From: Pseudomonadota bacterium
Lineage (GTDB): Bacteria > Desulfobacterota > Syntrophia > Syntrophales > UBA5619
Assembly (NCBI GenBank): GCA_018896355.1
Contig: JAHIMW010000115.1
Location: forward strand, 1 to 43,905
DNA: 43,905 bases
Direction: 5' to 3'
Shown: positions 1 to 8,920 of the stretch, piece by piece
How the letters are laid out: each line of letters begins with the position of its first letter
Numbering within the stretch: position 1 is the first letter of the stretch
Notes under the pieces: model-generated
Told to the model about the DNA's origin: nothing
Databases searched by the model: none
Seen by the model: the letters and a program-made list of their open reading frames with translations, nothing else
Position numbers and translations under genes: made by a program

Positions 1-1
1 G

Positions 2-157
2 TTCACGACACTCTTAGGCCTTCTTTCCGTGGAGATCGCGGTTACGATGCAGAACGCGGGCCTGAAGCTCGGCCTCGCATGCCTCTTTTTCCTGATCGCC
101 CTCGTCTTCGTTTACCGCTCTTTCTACGGGATGAGGATCACCGGGGATAAAATCTAA
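2..157 (+). CDS. 3' end of a membrane-protein gene (5' part lies outside the window)
   Basis: Frame is open from the window edge to TAA at 155-157. It translates to FTTLLGLLSVEIAVTMQNAGLKLGLACLFFLIALVFVYRSFYGMRITGDKI, a hydrophobic helix plus a short tail. A strong terminator follows. Confidence 0.45.
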   Translation, partial: FTTLLGLLSVEIAVTMQNAGLKLGLACLFFLIALVFVYRSFYGMRITGDKI

Positions 158-195
158 ACAAGGGTCCCTGAATCCAGGTCAGATGATCAATGCTC

Positions 196-230
196 AAAAA
201 AAAGCGTCCCGGAACGGGGCGCTTTTTTTT
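196..230. terminator. Bidirectional rho-independent terminator
   Basis: A8 (196-203), 8-bp stem GCGTCCCG/CGGGGCGC (204-211 / 215-222, one G-U pair), GAA loop, T8 (223-230). Confidence 0.8.
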
Positions 231-290
231 ACCTGTCGCTGAAACGACACATTACGGTCGATCAAATCGGGACCGCTTTAATACAAAAAA

Positions 291-422
291 TGGTGGATGG
301 AAAAGGAGGGAGCCTAAAAACCATCCACCATTATAAAACTGAAAGGGGTTTGATGACCGAACCGCCTTTCAGATTATTCCTGGGCAGTGGATGGTCGGGA
401 GAGAACAGAAAAACCATCCACC
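291..422. repeat. Three consecutive hairpins; the outer two share the same stem sequence
   Basis: Hairpin A: TGGTGGATGG (291-300) / CCATCCACCA (321-330), 20-nt loop. Hairpin B: CTGAAAGG (339-346) / CCTTTCAG (365-372). Hairpin C: GTGGATGG (387-394) / CCATCCAC (414-421), 19-nt loop. Both A and C loops end in AAAAA. Read on the minus strand, hairpins A and B are each followed by a T-run. Confidence 0.5.
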
Positions 423-464
423 GATCTACAAAGAAAATACAATGACCACGTCCGTACAATTATT

Positions 465-665
465 CTATTCCGAAAGAAAAAAGGTCATGCTCTTGTTCCG
501 GTCCTTTATTTTCTTTTTTTTTGCTTTCCCTTCCGGAACACCCTCCTCCAGTGCCTCCTCATTCGGGGCCAGGAAAAAATTATACTCATCAATTCGGCCG
601 GGGCCAAGAGGTTTATTTCCCCCCTTGCTACCGCGTGATTTATCCTTCTTACTTTCACCTTGCAT
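465..665 (-). CDS. Possible 66-aa lysine-rich small protein, hypothetical
   Basis: The ORF-track ORF 465..668 has an ATG at 665. The translation is MQGESKKDKSRGSKGGNKPLGPGRIDEYNFFLAPNEEALEEGVPEGKAKKKKIKDRNKS... There is no clear SD, but the start overlaps the stop of the upstream 45-aa ORF by 11 nt (ATGCAAGGTGA), which suggests coupling. Confidence 0.3.
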   Translation of the reverse strand: MQGESKKDKSRGSKGGNKPLGPGRIDEYNFFLAPNEEALEEGVPEGKAKKKKIKDRNKSMTFFLSE

Positions 666-792
666 CAAGAAAACAGGTCTCTATTTCAATGGCCACAGAC
701 TTTTGAAAAACTGTCCACGTATTTAGAGTTGTCGAGCTGTGCCAAACATTCACAGCCTTAATAATAGCAATAGTAATGCCAATTTCCGTCAT
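655..792 (-). CDS. Possible 45-aa small protein, hypothetical (below the ORF-track size cutoff)
   Basis: Hand translation of the minus strand gives AGGAGA-AATGA-ATG (SD spacing about 5 nt). The product is MTEIGITIAIIKAVNVWHSSTTLNTWTVFQKSVAIEIETCFLDAR, ending at a TGA that overlaps the next ORF's ATG. The local region is low in GC. Confidence 0.25.
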   Translation of the reverse strand: MTEIGITIAIIKAVNVWHSSTTLNTWTVFQKSVAIEIETCFLDAR

Positions 793-1066
793 TCATTTCT
801 CCTGGGCAGATCCTTCCGGATTTTTTCAGTAACAATACAATGATATCATAGTGATGATTTATAGCGGCTCAATAAAATGCCTTTTCTTCTCTTCTAAAAG
901 CGATCGGAGGAGGATAAAATCCTGGAAGCACAGAACGGAAAAGTGCAGATACCGCACGGCTCCGCCGGAATGATGGGATGAAAATCAAGAAACCAGTGGC
1001 AACGAGAGGGACGTGCGGCAATGGCACGGAATGTTCATATTAAGCACGATGGATTATTGAATACAT

Positions 1067-1921
1067 TCATTTGATATCATTATTGATTTTCTTTTGTTCC
1101 CGAATAAGCTTGTATCGGGAAATCCCCAAGCACCTTGCCGCCTCGGTCTTGTTTCCTCTGCTCGCCGCCAGGGTATTCTCGATAATCTTCCTCTTGATAT
1201 CGTTGGTGATTCTTTCCATGACCCGTGTAAAATCGATTCCTTCGGGGGAGAGTTGCGGCAGGATGTTGTCGATCTGGAGTCGGAGTTTTTCCTGGTTTGT
1301 CGTGATTCTCATCTCCGCCGGCAAATTTTCACAGGTAATCTGGAACCCGTCATTGTGGAGGATCATAATCCGCTCGATAATATTTTTCAGCTCACGGACA
1401 TTCCCAGGCCAGGGATAGGCGGTCAGAATGCGCTCCGCATCCTCCGTGAATCCGGTGACCTTCTTCTTGAATTTTCGGTTGAACTCCTCCACATAGTACC
1501 GGGAATCGCGGCGCAATTGACATCGACAAAGCGTTTGGTGTTCCGGTTGCTCTGCCGGTGGATCGCCCGGGCGATCAGTTCCTTCCCTGTGCCGCTTTCT
1601 CCCTGAATCAGGATGTTCGTGTTGTGCCCGGCCACCTCTTCGATCACATGAAACAGGCTGAGCATCTTTTTCGATTTGCCGAGAATATTGTGAAATCCGA
1701 GGAGCATATCCTCCCGCTCCTTGAGTTTCTCCACCTCCGTCTTGAGGGACTTCGTCCACCACCTCATCGAGGATCTTTACAAGGATTTCATTTACATTGG
1801 AGGGCGTAGTCAACAGAGAATTCAAGCGGAATATGCTTTGCAGAAGCTTATCCTTGTCCAGCAGAAGTATAGAGGAGATCCGCGAACGGTCATCCGTGAT
1901 TTGCGACGGTTGGGACATCAA
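1067..1921 (-). pseudogene. Sigma54-dependent transcriptional activator (EBP) remnant with two internal deletions/frameshifts
   Basis: Frame A encodes a GAF-like N-terminus (SSILLLDKDKLLQSIFRLNSLLTTPSNVNEILVKILDEVVDE). Frame B (1423..1767) then carries the linker plus Walker A (GFHNILGKSKKMLSLFHVIEEVAGHNTNILIQGESGTGKELIARAIHRQS...VNCAAIP). Frame A resumes at YYVEEFNRKFKKKV...YPWPGNVRELKNIIERI plus a Fis-type HTH (NKTEAARCLGISRYKL). Walker B, the GAFTGA loop and the arginine-finger region are all missing. Confidence 0.75.
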
Positions 1922-1998
1922 TCAACCCTTTCTCATTGCTTTTCCGACCGATGATAGAATCAGGATTCGCTGCAATAGTGAACGCTATCGGAAAGAAA

Positions 1999-4038
1999 TC
2001 AGCCGACCTTATCGTAGGCAAAGAACTGCATCGTAAAAACGGCCCTTCCCTGCGTGGCGGAGCGGAGATCCGTCGAATAGCCGAACATCGCCTTCAGGGG
2101 GACCCTTGCGCGGATATCGCTGACCGCCCCTTTCGGAGCTATGCCCTGGATCTCTCCGCGCCGGGCATGAATGTCGCCGATCACCTCCCCCATAAATTCG
2201 CTCGGGGTGATGATATCCACCAGCATCAACGGCCCCAGAAGCACGGGATCGGCCTTCAGGCAGCCCTCCCGAAAGGCGGAGGAGGAGGCGATCTTGCAGC
2301 CGAGCGGCGTCGTTTCCCCTTCTTTCTGGTTCCCTCCGAGGAGGACGACCCGGATATCGATGACCGGATACCCCGCGAGAACGCCGCTCAGCACCCTTTC
2401 GCGGACGCCCTCTTCCATCGCGACCAGCAGTTCTTCCGGAATGACGGCCCCTTCTTCGAGTCGGCGAACGATCTCGACCCCGCCGCCCCGGTCGGTCGGC
2501 TCAAGAATGAGCTTCACATGACCGAAATGTTTTTTCTCTCCCAGTTCCCTTTCGAAGAGCCCCTCGCATTCGACGCGCTTCTGGATCGTCTCCCGATGAA
2601 CGACCCGCGGCTTGCCTACGTTCACCCGGGCGTTGAATTCACGCTGCAGGCGGTCGGTAATTATTTCGAGGTGAAGCTCCCCCATGCCGGAGAGGACCGT
2701 CTGGGCTGTCTCGTCGTCGTACTTGACCCGGAGGGTCGGATCCTCCTCCATGAGTTTGCTCAGGGCGGCGGTCAGTTTCTCCTGATCGGCGGGCGTCTTG
2801 GCCTCGATCGCCTGGCTGATGACCGGCTCATAAAAATCAATCGGTTCAAGCAGGATCGGGTGCGCCTCATCACAGATTGTATCACCCGTCGTGATCTCCT
2901 TGAGCCCCAAGACGGCGACGATGTCGCCGGCGCCCGCCTGCTCCACCCGCTCCCGTTTGTTTGCGTGCATCTTCAAGAGGCGGGCGATCTTCTCCCTCTT
3001 CCCTCGGCTCGCGTTGTAGAGTTCATCCCCCGTGTGGAGGCGTCCCGAATAGATCCGTAGATAGGTCAGTTTTCTTCCCTCGTCCTGCATGATCTTGAAG
3101 GCCAGGGCCGCCAGGGGCTCCTTGTCGCTGCTCACCCGGACCTCTTTCTGCTTCGTCAGCGGATTCAGGCCCGTGACGGGGGGGATCTCTTCCGGCGAGG
3201 GCAGATAGTGAACCACCGCGTCCAGAAGCGGCTGCACCCCTTTGTTCCGGAGGGCCGAACCGCAGACGACGGGCACGATCTTCAGAGAGATCGTCGCCTT
3301 GCGGATCGCCTCGATGATCTCCTGCTCGGGGATCTCCGTCCCGTCGAGATATTTCTCTGCGATCGCGTCGTCCAGATCCGCAAGCAGCGCGATCATCCGG
3401 TCACGATGCTCCAGAGCCTGCGCCCGGATCTCTTCCGGAATATCCGCATATCCGTAGGAGGCTCCCTTGGTCGCGTCATCCCAGGTGATCACCTGCCGCC
3501 GGATGAGGTCGACGACCCCCCGGAAGGCCTCCTCCTCCCCGAACGGGATCTGGATCGGCAAAGGCAGGGAGTTGAAGCGCTCCTTCATCTGCCTGATCGT
3601 ACCGGCATGGTCCGCACCGACCCGGTCCATCTTGTTGATGAACGCCACCTTGGGAACGCCGTACTTGTCGGCCTGGTGCCAGACGGTTTCCGACTGAGGC
3701 TCAACCCCCCCTACAGCGCAGAAGACGACGACGGCCCCGTCGAGGACCCGGAGACTCCGCTCGACTTCAATTGTAAAATCGACATGACCGGGCGTATCAA
3801 TGATGTGAATCTCGTGGTTTTCCCAGGTGCAAGTGGTCACCGCCGAGGTGATGGTGATCCCCCTCTCCTGCTCCTGCGGCATCCAGTCCATCACAGCCTC
3901 GCCGTCATGGACCTCGCCCATCTTGTAGGATTTGCCCGTGTAGAAGAGAATTCGCTCCGTCACCGTCGTTTTACCCGCGTCGATATGAGCGGCGATTCCG
4001 ATATTCCTCGTGCGGGAGAGTCTGGATTTGGATGCCAT
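1999..4038 (-). CDS. fusA: Elongation factor G family GTPase (paralog, not in an str-operon context)
   Basis: 679 aa. G1 motif AHIDAGKTT, then DTPGHVDF and NKMD, followed by EF-G domains II-V through to the C-terminus. Confidence 0.9.
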   Translation of the reverse strand: MASKSRLSRTRNIGIAAHIDAGKTTVTERILFYTGKSYKMGEVHDGEAVMDWMPQEQERGITITSAVTTCTWENHEIHIIDTPGHVDFTIEVERSLRVLDGAVVVFCAVGGVEPQSETVWHQADKYGVPKVAFINKMDRVGADHAGTIRQMKERFNSLPLPIQIPFGEEEAFRGVVDLIRRQVITWDDATKGASYGYADIPEEIRAQALEHRDRMIALLADLDDAIAEKYLDGTEIPEQEIIEAIRKATISLKIVPVVCGSALRNKGVQPLLDAVVHYLPSPEEIPPVTGLNPLTKQKEVRVSSDKEPLAALAFKIMQDEGRKLTYLRIYSGRLHTGDELYNASRGKREKIARLLKMHANKRERVEQAGAGDIVAVLGLKEITTGDTICDEAHPILLEPIDFYEPVISQAIEAKTPADQEKLTAALSKLMEEDPTLRVKYDDETAQTVLSGMGELHLEIITDRLQREFNARVNVGKPRVVHRETIQKRVECEGLFERELGEKKHFGHVKLILEPTDRGGGVEIVRRLEEGAVIPEELLVAMEEGVRERVLSGVLAGYPVIDIRVVLLGGNQKEGETTPLGCKIASSSAFREGCLKADPVLLGPLMLVDIITPSEFMGEVIGDIHARRGEIQGIAPKGAVSDIRARVPLKAMFGYSTDLRSATQGRAVFTMQFFAYDKVG

Positions 4039-4064
4039 AGAGATTCACCACGGGGCCAAGCCCG

Positions 4065-4697
4065 CTATCCCTCTTTCGGCGGCGCCGCCGGAGCGATCAG
4101 TTCCCGGTTCATCATGAACGGGCTGCGGAGACCGATATGTCCTTTAAGCGATTCCCTTTCCTTGCCGCCAATCAGAATTCTGACCTTCTTGATCGACGGC
4201 AGGTTGGTGGTCAGCGTATTGGTCAGTGAATAGACGGTCGCCATTTCCGCGGCGCTTCCTCCCGGATGATTCGCCACAAGACTCTCCCGGAAATTGACGG
4301 AGAGGATCTCATCCCCTTCCTTTTTGACGCCCTCTATCTCCGTCTTCGCGGGAAAGGTGTTGACCAGCCCCGTCTTCGAGCCGGCGATGAGGGCCAGGAC
4401 GATCTCCTTCGCCTGATCCTCCGGCTCCTTTCCTTTGGGGATGAACCGCTTTTCAGGAACGAGAAAACGTTCGTTGGCATCGGAAAAAAAGAGGGTTACC
4501 TCCTGTTTCTCCCTCTTTTTCGATGCGGTCTGTCTCCCTGTGGCGGGTGGATAGATATAATCGAACAGGGTAATAAAAAAAATGGCCAGAAAGACCACGG
4601 AGGCAACGACAATCACGGAAAGGAGTAAAACCCTTCGGCCCTTCTTCGTTTTCTTGTGTTTGACCTCTGCGGTCCGCCTTTGCTTTTTCGTGGCCAT
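4065..4697 (-). CDS. GerMN-domain protein with an N-terminal membrane anchor
   Basis: 210 aa. It has a basic N-terminus, one TM helix (VLLLSVIVVASVVFLAIFFITLF), and a GerM-like region (VTLFFSDANERFLVPEKRFIP...ILSVNFRESL...GGSAAEMATVYSLTNTL). Confidence 0.65.
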   Translation of the reverse strand: MATKKQRRTAEVKHKKTKKGRRVLLLSVIVVASVVFLAIFFITLFDYIYPPATGRQTASKKREKQEVTLFFSDANERFLVPEKRFIPKGKEPEDQAKEIVLALIAGSKTGLVNTFPAKTEIEGVKKEGDEILSVNFRESLVANHPGGSAAEMATVYSLTNTLTTNLPSIKKVRILIGGKERESLKGHIGLRSPFMMNRELIAPAAPPKEG

Positions 4698-4811
4698 AAG
4701 ATCCTTCGTCCTTCCCGTTTGCGAGTTCCGGCAACGTAGGGCATTTTCACGACAGTGTCAAGAAGAGATCAACCACTAGCCCGACGACGGCCTGGAGGGA
4801 TGTGTCAGTCT

Positions 4812-5417
4812 TTATCTATTTTTCTCCGATGATGATCCGTGATTGCCATTGACCCACCAGTCGCTTTTGTCCTTAAACCACCAGTTGGAAGAATCGGTGT
4901 CGAGAATGGTCTCGGCCAGACTGCGGGCGTTTTCCGTGGTAAGACGCAGAACGGCGAAACGGATCCACTCCCGGCTGTATTTGTTTCCCAGATCGCCACA
5001 CTCCTTCAACTGGAGGATCAGCGCGAGCTGATCGGCATCCCGAGCTAACAGGGCCTCTCTCGTCTCTTTCCCGTTGAATTCGTCGAGAGCGGCCTCGATC
5101 TCCCCACCGAAGAAAAGCGGCTCCGCGAGCTCCCGGGTCGCCTTCTTCTCATCCACCGTCACATATTTCTTGTTCACGTAATTCATGTCGCCCGTACGGG
5201 CCTCGGGCAGATCATGCATAAGGCAGAGTCGGAGGACCTTTAACTCATCCGCCTCCGAATCCATTTTGCACAGGACGTAGCCGATGTAAAGCGTCCGTAA
5301 AACATGTTCGGCCACCGATTCGCACCCGGAACCCAGAAACTGGAAACCGCTCCGCGGGGTTTTTTTCAGCATCCCGACTTCAAAAAGAAAATCTGCTATC
5401 TCCCTCATCTTTTTCAT
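4812..5417 (-). CDS. HD-domain phosphohydrolase (YfbR-like 5'-deoxynucleotidase family)
   Basis: 201 aa. Motifs: LKKTPRSGF...ESVAEHVLR...LCLMHDLPEARTGD, matching the H..HD..D metal-ligand pattern. Confidence 0.8.
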   Translation of the reverse strand: MKKMREIADFLFEVGMLKKTPRSGFQFLGSGCESVAEHVLRTLYIGYVLCKMDSEADELKVLRLCLMHDLPEARTGDMNYVNKKYVTVDEKKATRELAEPLFFGGEIEAALDEFNGKETREALLARDADQLALILQLKECGDLGNKYSREWIRFAVLRLTTENARSLAETILDTDSSNWWFKDKSDWWVNGNHGSSSEKNR

Positions 5418-5491
5418 TCACCCATTGACCATGATCCACGATCAGCTTTTCAACGTGGTCTCAACCCAAACGGAAAACCTGCTTCTTTAAG

Positions 5492-5710
5492 TCACCCTCG
5501 CTTCAACATCCGGATCCGGTTTGCCATCATCTCGGAAATATTTCTCACCTGAAGCTGGAGGGCGGCGATCCCTTCCGGTTTCATCGCCCCCACCCGGTCC
5601 AGATGCTCCTTCCAGTATTCCAGCAGACTGATCTCGTTCTCCTTCAGCTTTCGGTCGAACCGCAGCTGGATCTCCTTCAGCAGAGCCGCCTGCTGCTCCA
5701 TTTCCGCCAT
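5492..5710 (-). CDS. Hypothetical 72-aa helical protein
   Basis: Clean ORF in the same orientation as the HD gene downstream. It is coiled-coil-like (MAEMEQQAALLKEIQLRFDRKLKENEISLLEYWKEHL...) and I recognise no family. Confidence 0.45.
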   Translation of the reverse strand: MAEMEQQAALLKEIQLRFDRKLKENEISLLEYWKEHLDRVGAMKPEGIAALQLQVRNISEMMANRIRMLKRG

Positions 5711-5953
5711 GAACCCTCCTAACCCCGTCGCATGCGCCTTCGCAAAACCATTACGGAAGCAGATGTACAGCCTGCCCTGTTATTCCCAATCGGCTCATAT
5801 ATATCACTTCAAACCGATCTTGCAACCCAGAAAATGGTCAACATCCGATCATGGCCTCCCCGTGCGGTAACGATTGCCCCATTCCCGCTGGACATTTCAA
5901 GAAGATTGTCGTAAGACTTGGCAGCACATTGGACTTCAAAGGAGGGAGGGGTT

Positions 5954-7144
5954 ATGTCGCTTGATTTCGAATTCACACCGGAGCAGAAAATGATCGAGGA
6001 GATCGTCTGGCGCTGGGCATCCAGCTGGCTGGAACCGCAGATGGAGGAACTCTACGAGCAGGACCGGATGCCTCCGGACCTGTTCCGGGAACTGGGCAAG
6101 ATCGGCGTCAACGGCATCGTCTTTGAAGAAAAATACGGCGGTGCGGGCCTCGGCTACGTGGAGACCCTGCTCATCTACGAAACCATCGCCCGGGTGAGCA
6201 ACGCCCTGGCCATGACCGTGGGGGCCAGCCAAACCCTCTGCTTCGACAACTTCCGACGAAACGCGACCGAAGAGCAGAAGATGGAAATCCTCCCCCGGGC
6301 TTGCAGCGGCGAGTACGTCGGCTGCCTGGGAATCACCGAACCCAACGCCGGCTCCGATGCGATGGGGATGACCACCCGGGCCGTGAAGGTGAATGACCGC
6401 TATGTCGTGAACGGGAGCAAGGCATTCATCACCAACGGCAACGTCGCCGATGTCATGCTCTTCTATGCGAAGACCGACCCCGCCCGCGGAGCGCACGGAA
6501 TTTCCGCTTTTTATTTTCTGACGAACGGGGTAAAGGGGCTTTACCGCGAAAAAATCAAAAAGTGGGGCATGCGGAGCTCCCCCACGGCGCTGATCACCTT
6601 CGATGACATGGAAATTCCCGAAGGAAACCTGATTGGCGGGTTGAATCGCGGCGGGGCAATTCTCACCAACGGTCTCTGCACGGAGCGGATCACCCTGAGC
6701 GGCTGCTCTCTGGGCTCGCAGCGGGCCTGCCTCGAGCTGAGCCTGCGGTACGCCAGGGAAAGAATCCAATTCGGGAAGCCGATCTCTTCGTTCCAGTTCA
6801 TCCAGGGCAAGCTCGCCGACATGTACACTGGCTACATGGCCTCCAGATGGATGGCCTACAGCGCCGCCGCCTACTGCGACTCCCTGGAGAAAAAGGTCGG
6901 GGGGAAGGGAACCGACCTGGACCGCAAGGCGGCCGCCGCCCTCCTCTTCTGCGGAGAGATGGGCACGAAGGTGGCCGCGGACGCCATCCAGATCCACGGA
7001 GGCTACGGCTACTGCCAGGAATACGCGGTCTCCCGGCACTATCTCGATCAGAAACTCTGGGATATCGGCGCCGGTACCGCGGAGGTGCGCCGGATGATCA
7101 TTGCCCGGGAGCTTCTCCGGGACAACTTCCAGAGCGCCCGGTAA
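5954..7144 (+). CDS. Acyl-CoA dehydrogenase
   Basis: ATG at 5954 lies 7 nt after AAGGAGGGAGGGG. The ORF-track start at 5918 looks like an over-extension. ACAD features seen: GCLGITEPNAGSD, FITNG, QIHGGYGY, and a C-terminal IGAGTAEV. Confidence 0.9.
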   Translation: MSLDFEFTPEQKMIEEIVWRWASSWLEPQMEELYEQDRMPPDLFRELGKIGVNGIVFEEKYGGAGLGYVETLLIYETIARVSNALAMTVGASQTLCFDNFRRNATEEQKMEILPRACSGEYVGCLGITEPNAGSDAMGMTTRAVKVNDRYVVNGSKAFITNGNVADVMLFYAKTDPARGAHGISAFYFLTNGVKGLYREKIKKWGMRSSPTALITFDDMEIPEGNLIGGLNRGGAILTNGLCTERITLSGCSLGSQRACLELSLRYARERIQFGKPISSFQFIQGKLADMYTGYMASRWMAYSAAAYCDSLEKKVGGKGTDLDRKAAAALLFCGEMGTKVAADAIQIHGGYGYCQEYAVSRHYLDQKLWDIGAGTAEVRRMIIARELLRDNFQSAR

Positions 7145-7155
7145 CGGATGGAGAA

Positions 7156-8910
7156 ATGACCAGAATTTTATCGCAATCGGGAAACGCGCCCAAGCACGGA
7201 GGAACAGAAGGGCGGTGTCAAAATGGCTGGCGCCTATTTTGGAGAACGTCTTCACGGTCGCTGTTTCGAAGGTCCGTTATACTTGTTGCCATGATATTCC
7301 TGCCCCTTCTCCATGCCCCGCTTTCGGCCCGTGAGGACAGCGCCCGCCTCGTTCTTCAAAAGACGGCCGGCGGCGGCAGCAGGGTCCATGTTGTTAAAAA
7401 AGGGGAATGGATCCACCGCATCCTCAAGAGCCATTTCGGGGAAGAACCGGTTTCTTACGCCCTGATTCGCCGGTTGAACCCCGGAATCAGGAATCTGAAC
7501 CGTATACGGCCCGGCCAAAGGATCGTTCTTCCGGTCCCGGGCAGCTCAGAACCTTCCGAATCGATCTCCGACATCGACAGGGAAAACTCCTCCCCGCCGG
7601 TTATTTACCGTATCCTGGAGGGGGACTCCATCAGCCGGATCATTCTGTCCGAAATGAACGTAAACCCCGCGGAAGCCCTCCCGGCCTATCGTCTCATTCG
7701 CAAGCTGAATCCGGAGATCCCGGATCTAAACCGGCTTCCGGCCGGCCAGTCCCTCCGCCTGCCCCCGGCGCCCGCTCGTTCGGCCGTCGCGCCGGCGGCG
7801 CCCCTGAAAACCGCCGCCCCTCCTGCGGAAGAGTCCAAAGCGGAAAAGGCGGCAATTCCGGAGTCCCTTTTCGGAATCATCCGGCCGGTCATCGGCCGGA
7901 TGCGGGGAATGGTCACCGCTACGGGAAGTTACTTCATCCCCCTGCAGGAGACCACACAGGTCACCATCGACTGCTCCCAGATCCCGGTCGTGGAACTGGA
8001 TGATGGAACAACGGTTCTTCTGGATTACGGAGATCGTCTGTCGGAGAATCTGAAAAAACTGATCCGCCAATCCTGGAAAAACTATGCCTTTCTGACGGCG
8101 GAAGAGTTTCGTGACGGACTCGGGGGCTTGCTGGGGATTATCCGCCATTCCAAAAATTACAGGATGGTTCGGACCGACAAACCCCTTGAGTTGACTTCGA
8201 AGCCGGAGATCCTCGTCTTCCCCGACTGGCTCATCATCGGCAAAGAGACGGCAAGCGGCGCAACCTACCGTCAGGGGCTCTTCCTGCTCGATCGCGGCGA
8301 ACGGCCCCTCCCCGCAGAGGCAAGGGCTTTCCTCGAGAAAAGCGGTGTCGCCGTGACGGAGATCGCAGAAGACCGCGCGGTCTCTTCCCTGGAAACACCG
8401 TCTGCACTGCAACCAGCCATTGCGGATTTTCGAGCCCTGAAGGGCATCGACCTCGCGGAAAAACTTCTTTCAACCCTCGGTGTGACGCCGATCCGGAACG
8501 CTGAGGTCGTCGTCTTCGACCAGGCCCGCAACGGATTCAACCTCTCCGTCACGGCCGATCTGCTCATCCGGAAGGGAGAGAAGCGGTTCATCCTGCAAAC
8601 GAAGAGGCTGCCTGAACAGTTCGTCCAGGTTCTCCGGGAGGCGGGTACGGAGGTGATCCCGATCGGAGAAAAGGATCAGGGCAGGTCCCTCGTCGAAGCC
8701 GTGCTTCAGGGGCTGGGGATCCCCGTCTCCTTCGGTTATTTCTCCTTTCGGATTCCCGAAGAGGGCAAACGCCCGCGGCTTACGGGCTCTTTTTCCACCC
8801 TTCGGGTGATGAACGAAGGGGAACCGATATACCTGATCGATTTCGATGTGCCTCCCGCAGGCCTTCCTTTTTTCAACGGCCGCCGGGAAGGACGTGTCGT
8901 CCGATACTGA
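7156..8910 (+). CDS. Secreted/anchored protein with two LysM domains and a roughly 370-aa uncharacterised C-terminal domain
   Basis: Start chosen at the ATG at 7156, 12 nt after the acd stop. The ORF-track start at 6847 overlaps acd. A signal-like segment is present (SRSLFRRSVILVAMIFLPLLHAPLSA). LysM 1 is HVVKKGEWIHRILKSHF...IRPGQRIVLP. LysM 2 is YRILEGDSISRIIL...LPAGQSLRLP. A Pro/Ala linker follows. Confidence 0.65.
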   Translation: MTRILSQSGNAPKHGGTEGRCQNGWRLFWRTSSRSLFRRSVILVAMIFLPLLHAPLSAREDSARLVLQKTAGGGSRVHVVKKGEWIHRILKSHFGEEPVSYALIRRLNPGIRNLNRIRPGQRIVLPVPGSSEPSESISDIDRENSSPPVIYRILEGDSISRIILSEMNVNPAEALPAYRLIRKLNPEIPDLNRLPAGQSLRLPPAPARSAVAPAAPLKTAAPPAEESKAEKAAIPESLFGIIRPVIGRMRGMVTATGSYFIPLQETTQVTIDCSQIPVVELDDGTTVLLDYGDRLSENLKKLIRQSWKNYAFLTAEEFRDGLGGLLGIIRHSKNYRMVRTDKPLELTSKPEILVFPDWLIIGKETASGATYRQGLFLLDRGERPLPAEARAFLEKSGVAVTEIAEDRAVSSLETPSALQPAIADFRALKGIDLAEKLLSTLGVTPIRNAEVVVFDQARNGFNLSVTADLLIRKGEKRFILQTKRLPEQFVQVLREAGTEVIPIGEKDQGRSLVEAVLQGLGIPVSFGYFSFRIPEEGKRPRLTGSFSTLRVMNEGEPIYLIDFDVPPAGLPFFNGRREGRVVRY

Positions 8911-8920
8911 AAAAGGATTT

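Noticed and set aside
291-422. Possible CRISPR array (repeated ~40-nt palindromic units)
   Set aside because: There are only two copies. The unit and spacing (about 40/57 nt) and the long internal loop are unlike CRISPR repeats, and no cas genes are present.
387-726. Plus-strand ORFs 387..638, 391..726 and 521..706
   Set aside because: They are mutually overlapping, have no SD, and translate to low-complexity sequence. They begin inside the hairpin repeat. The minus-strand pair, although weak, at least shows an SD and start/stop coupling.
758-796. 12-codon ORF MNDGNWHYYCYY starting at the first ATG after the AGGAGA
   Set aside because: The SD-to-ATG spacing is only about 1 nt. The next ATG, 4 nt on and in another frame, has proper spacing and opens the 45-codon ORF that overlaps the following ORF's start.
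1022-1037. Sigma54 promoter-like TGGCAC (TGGCACGGAATGTTCA)
   Set aside because: The -12 element is GTTC rather than TTGC at the required spacing. No plus-strand gene lies downstream.
1936-4233. Long plus-strand ORFs (1936..3060, 374 aa; 3208..4233, 341 aa) opposite the EF-G gene
   Set aside because: They are antisense shadow ORFs, typical of GC-rich DNA. Their translations are Arg/Gly/Pro/Asp-rich with no motifs. The minus-strand frame encodes an unmistakable EF-G.
5919-5934. Sigma54-like TGGCAGCACATTGGA upstream of the acyl-CoA dehydrogenase gene
   Set aside because: The spacing is one nt short, and the -12 GC dinucleotide is replaced by GG. This is not convincing.
6847-7155. N-terminal 103-codon extension of the LysM ORF as given by the ORF track
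   Set aside because: The extension overlaps the 3' end of acd in another frame and reads as Arg/Gly-rich nonsense. The ATG at 7156, just after the acd stop, is followed by a signal-peptide-like segment.
5936-7255. 439-aa minus-strand ORF covering the acyl-CoA dehydrogenase gene
   Set aside because: It is a shadow ORF. It lies fully antisense to a gene with clear ACAD motifs, and its translation is low-complexity.
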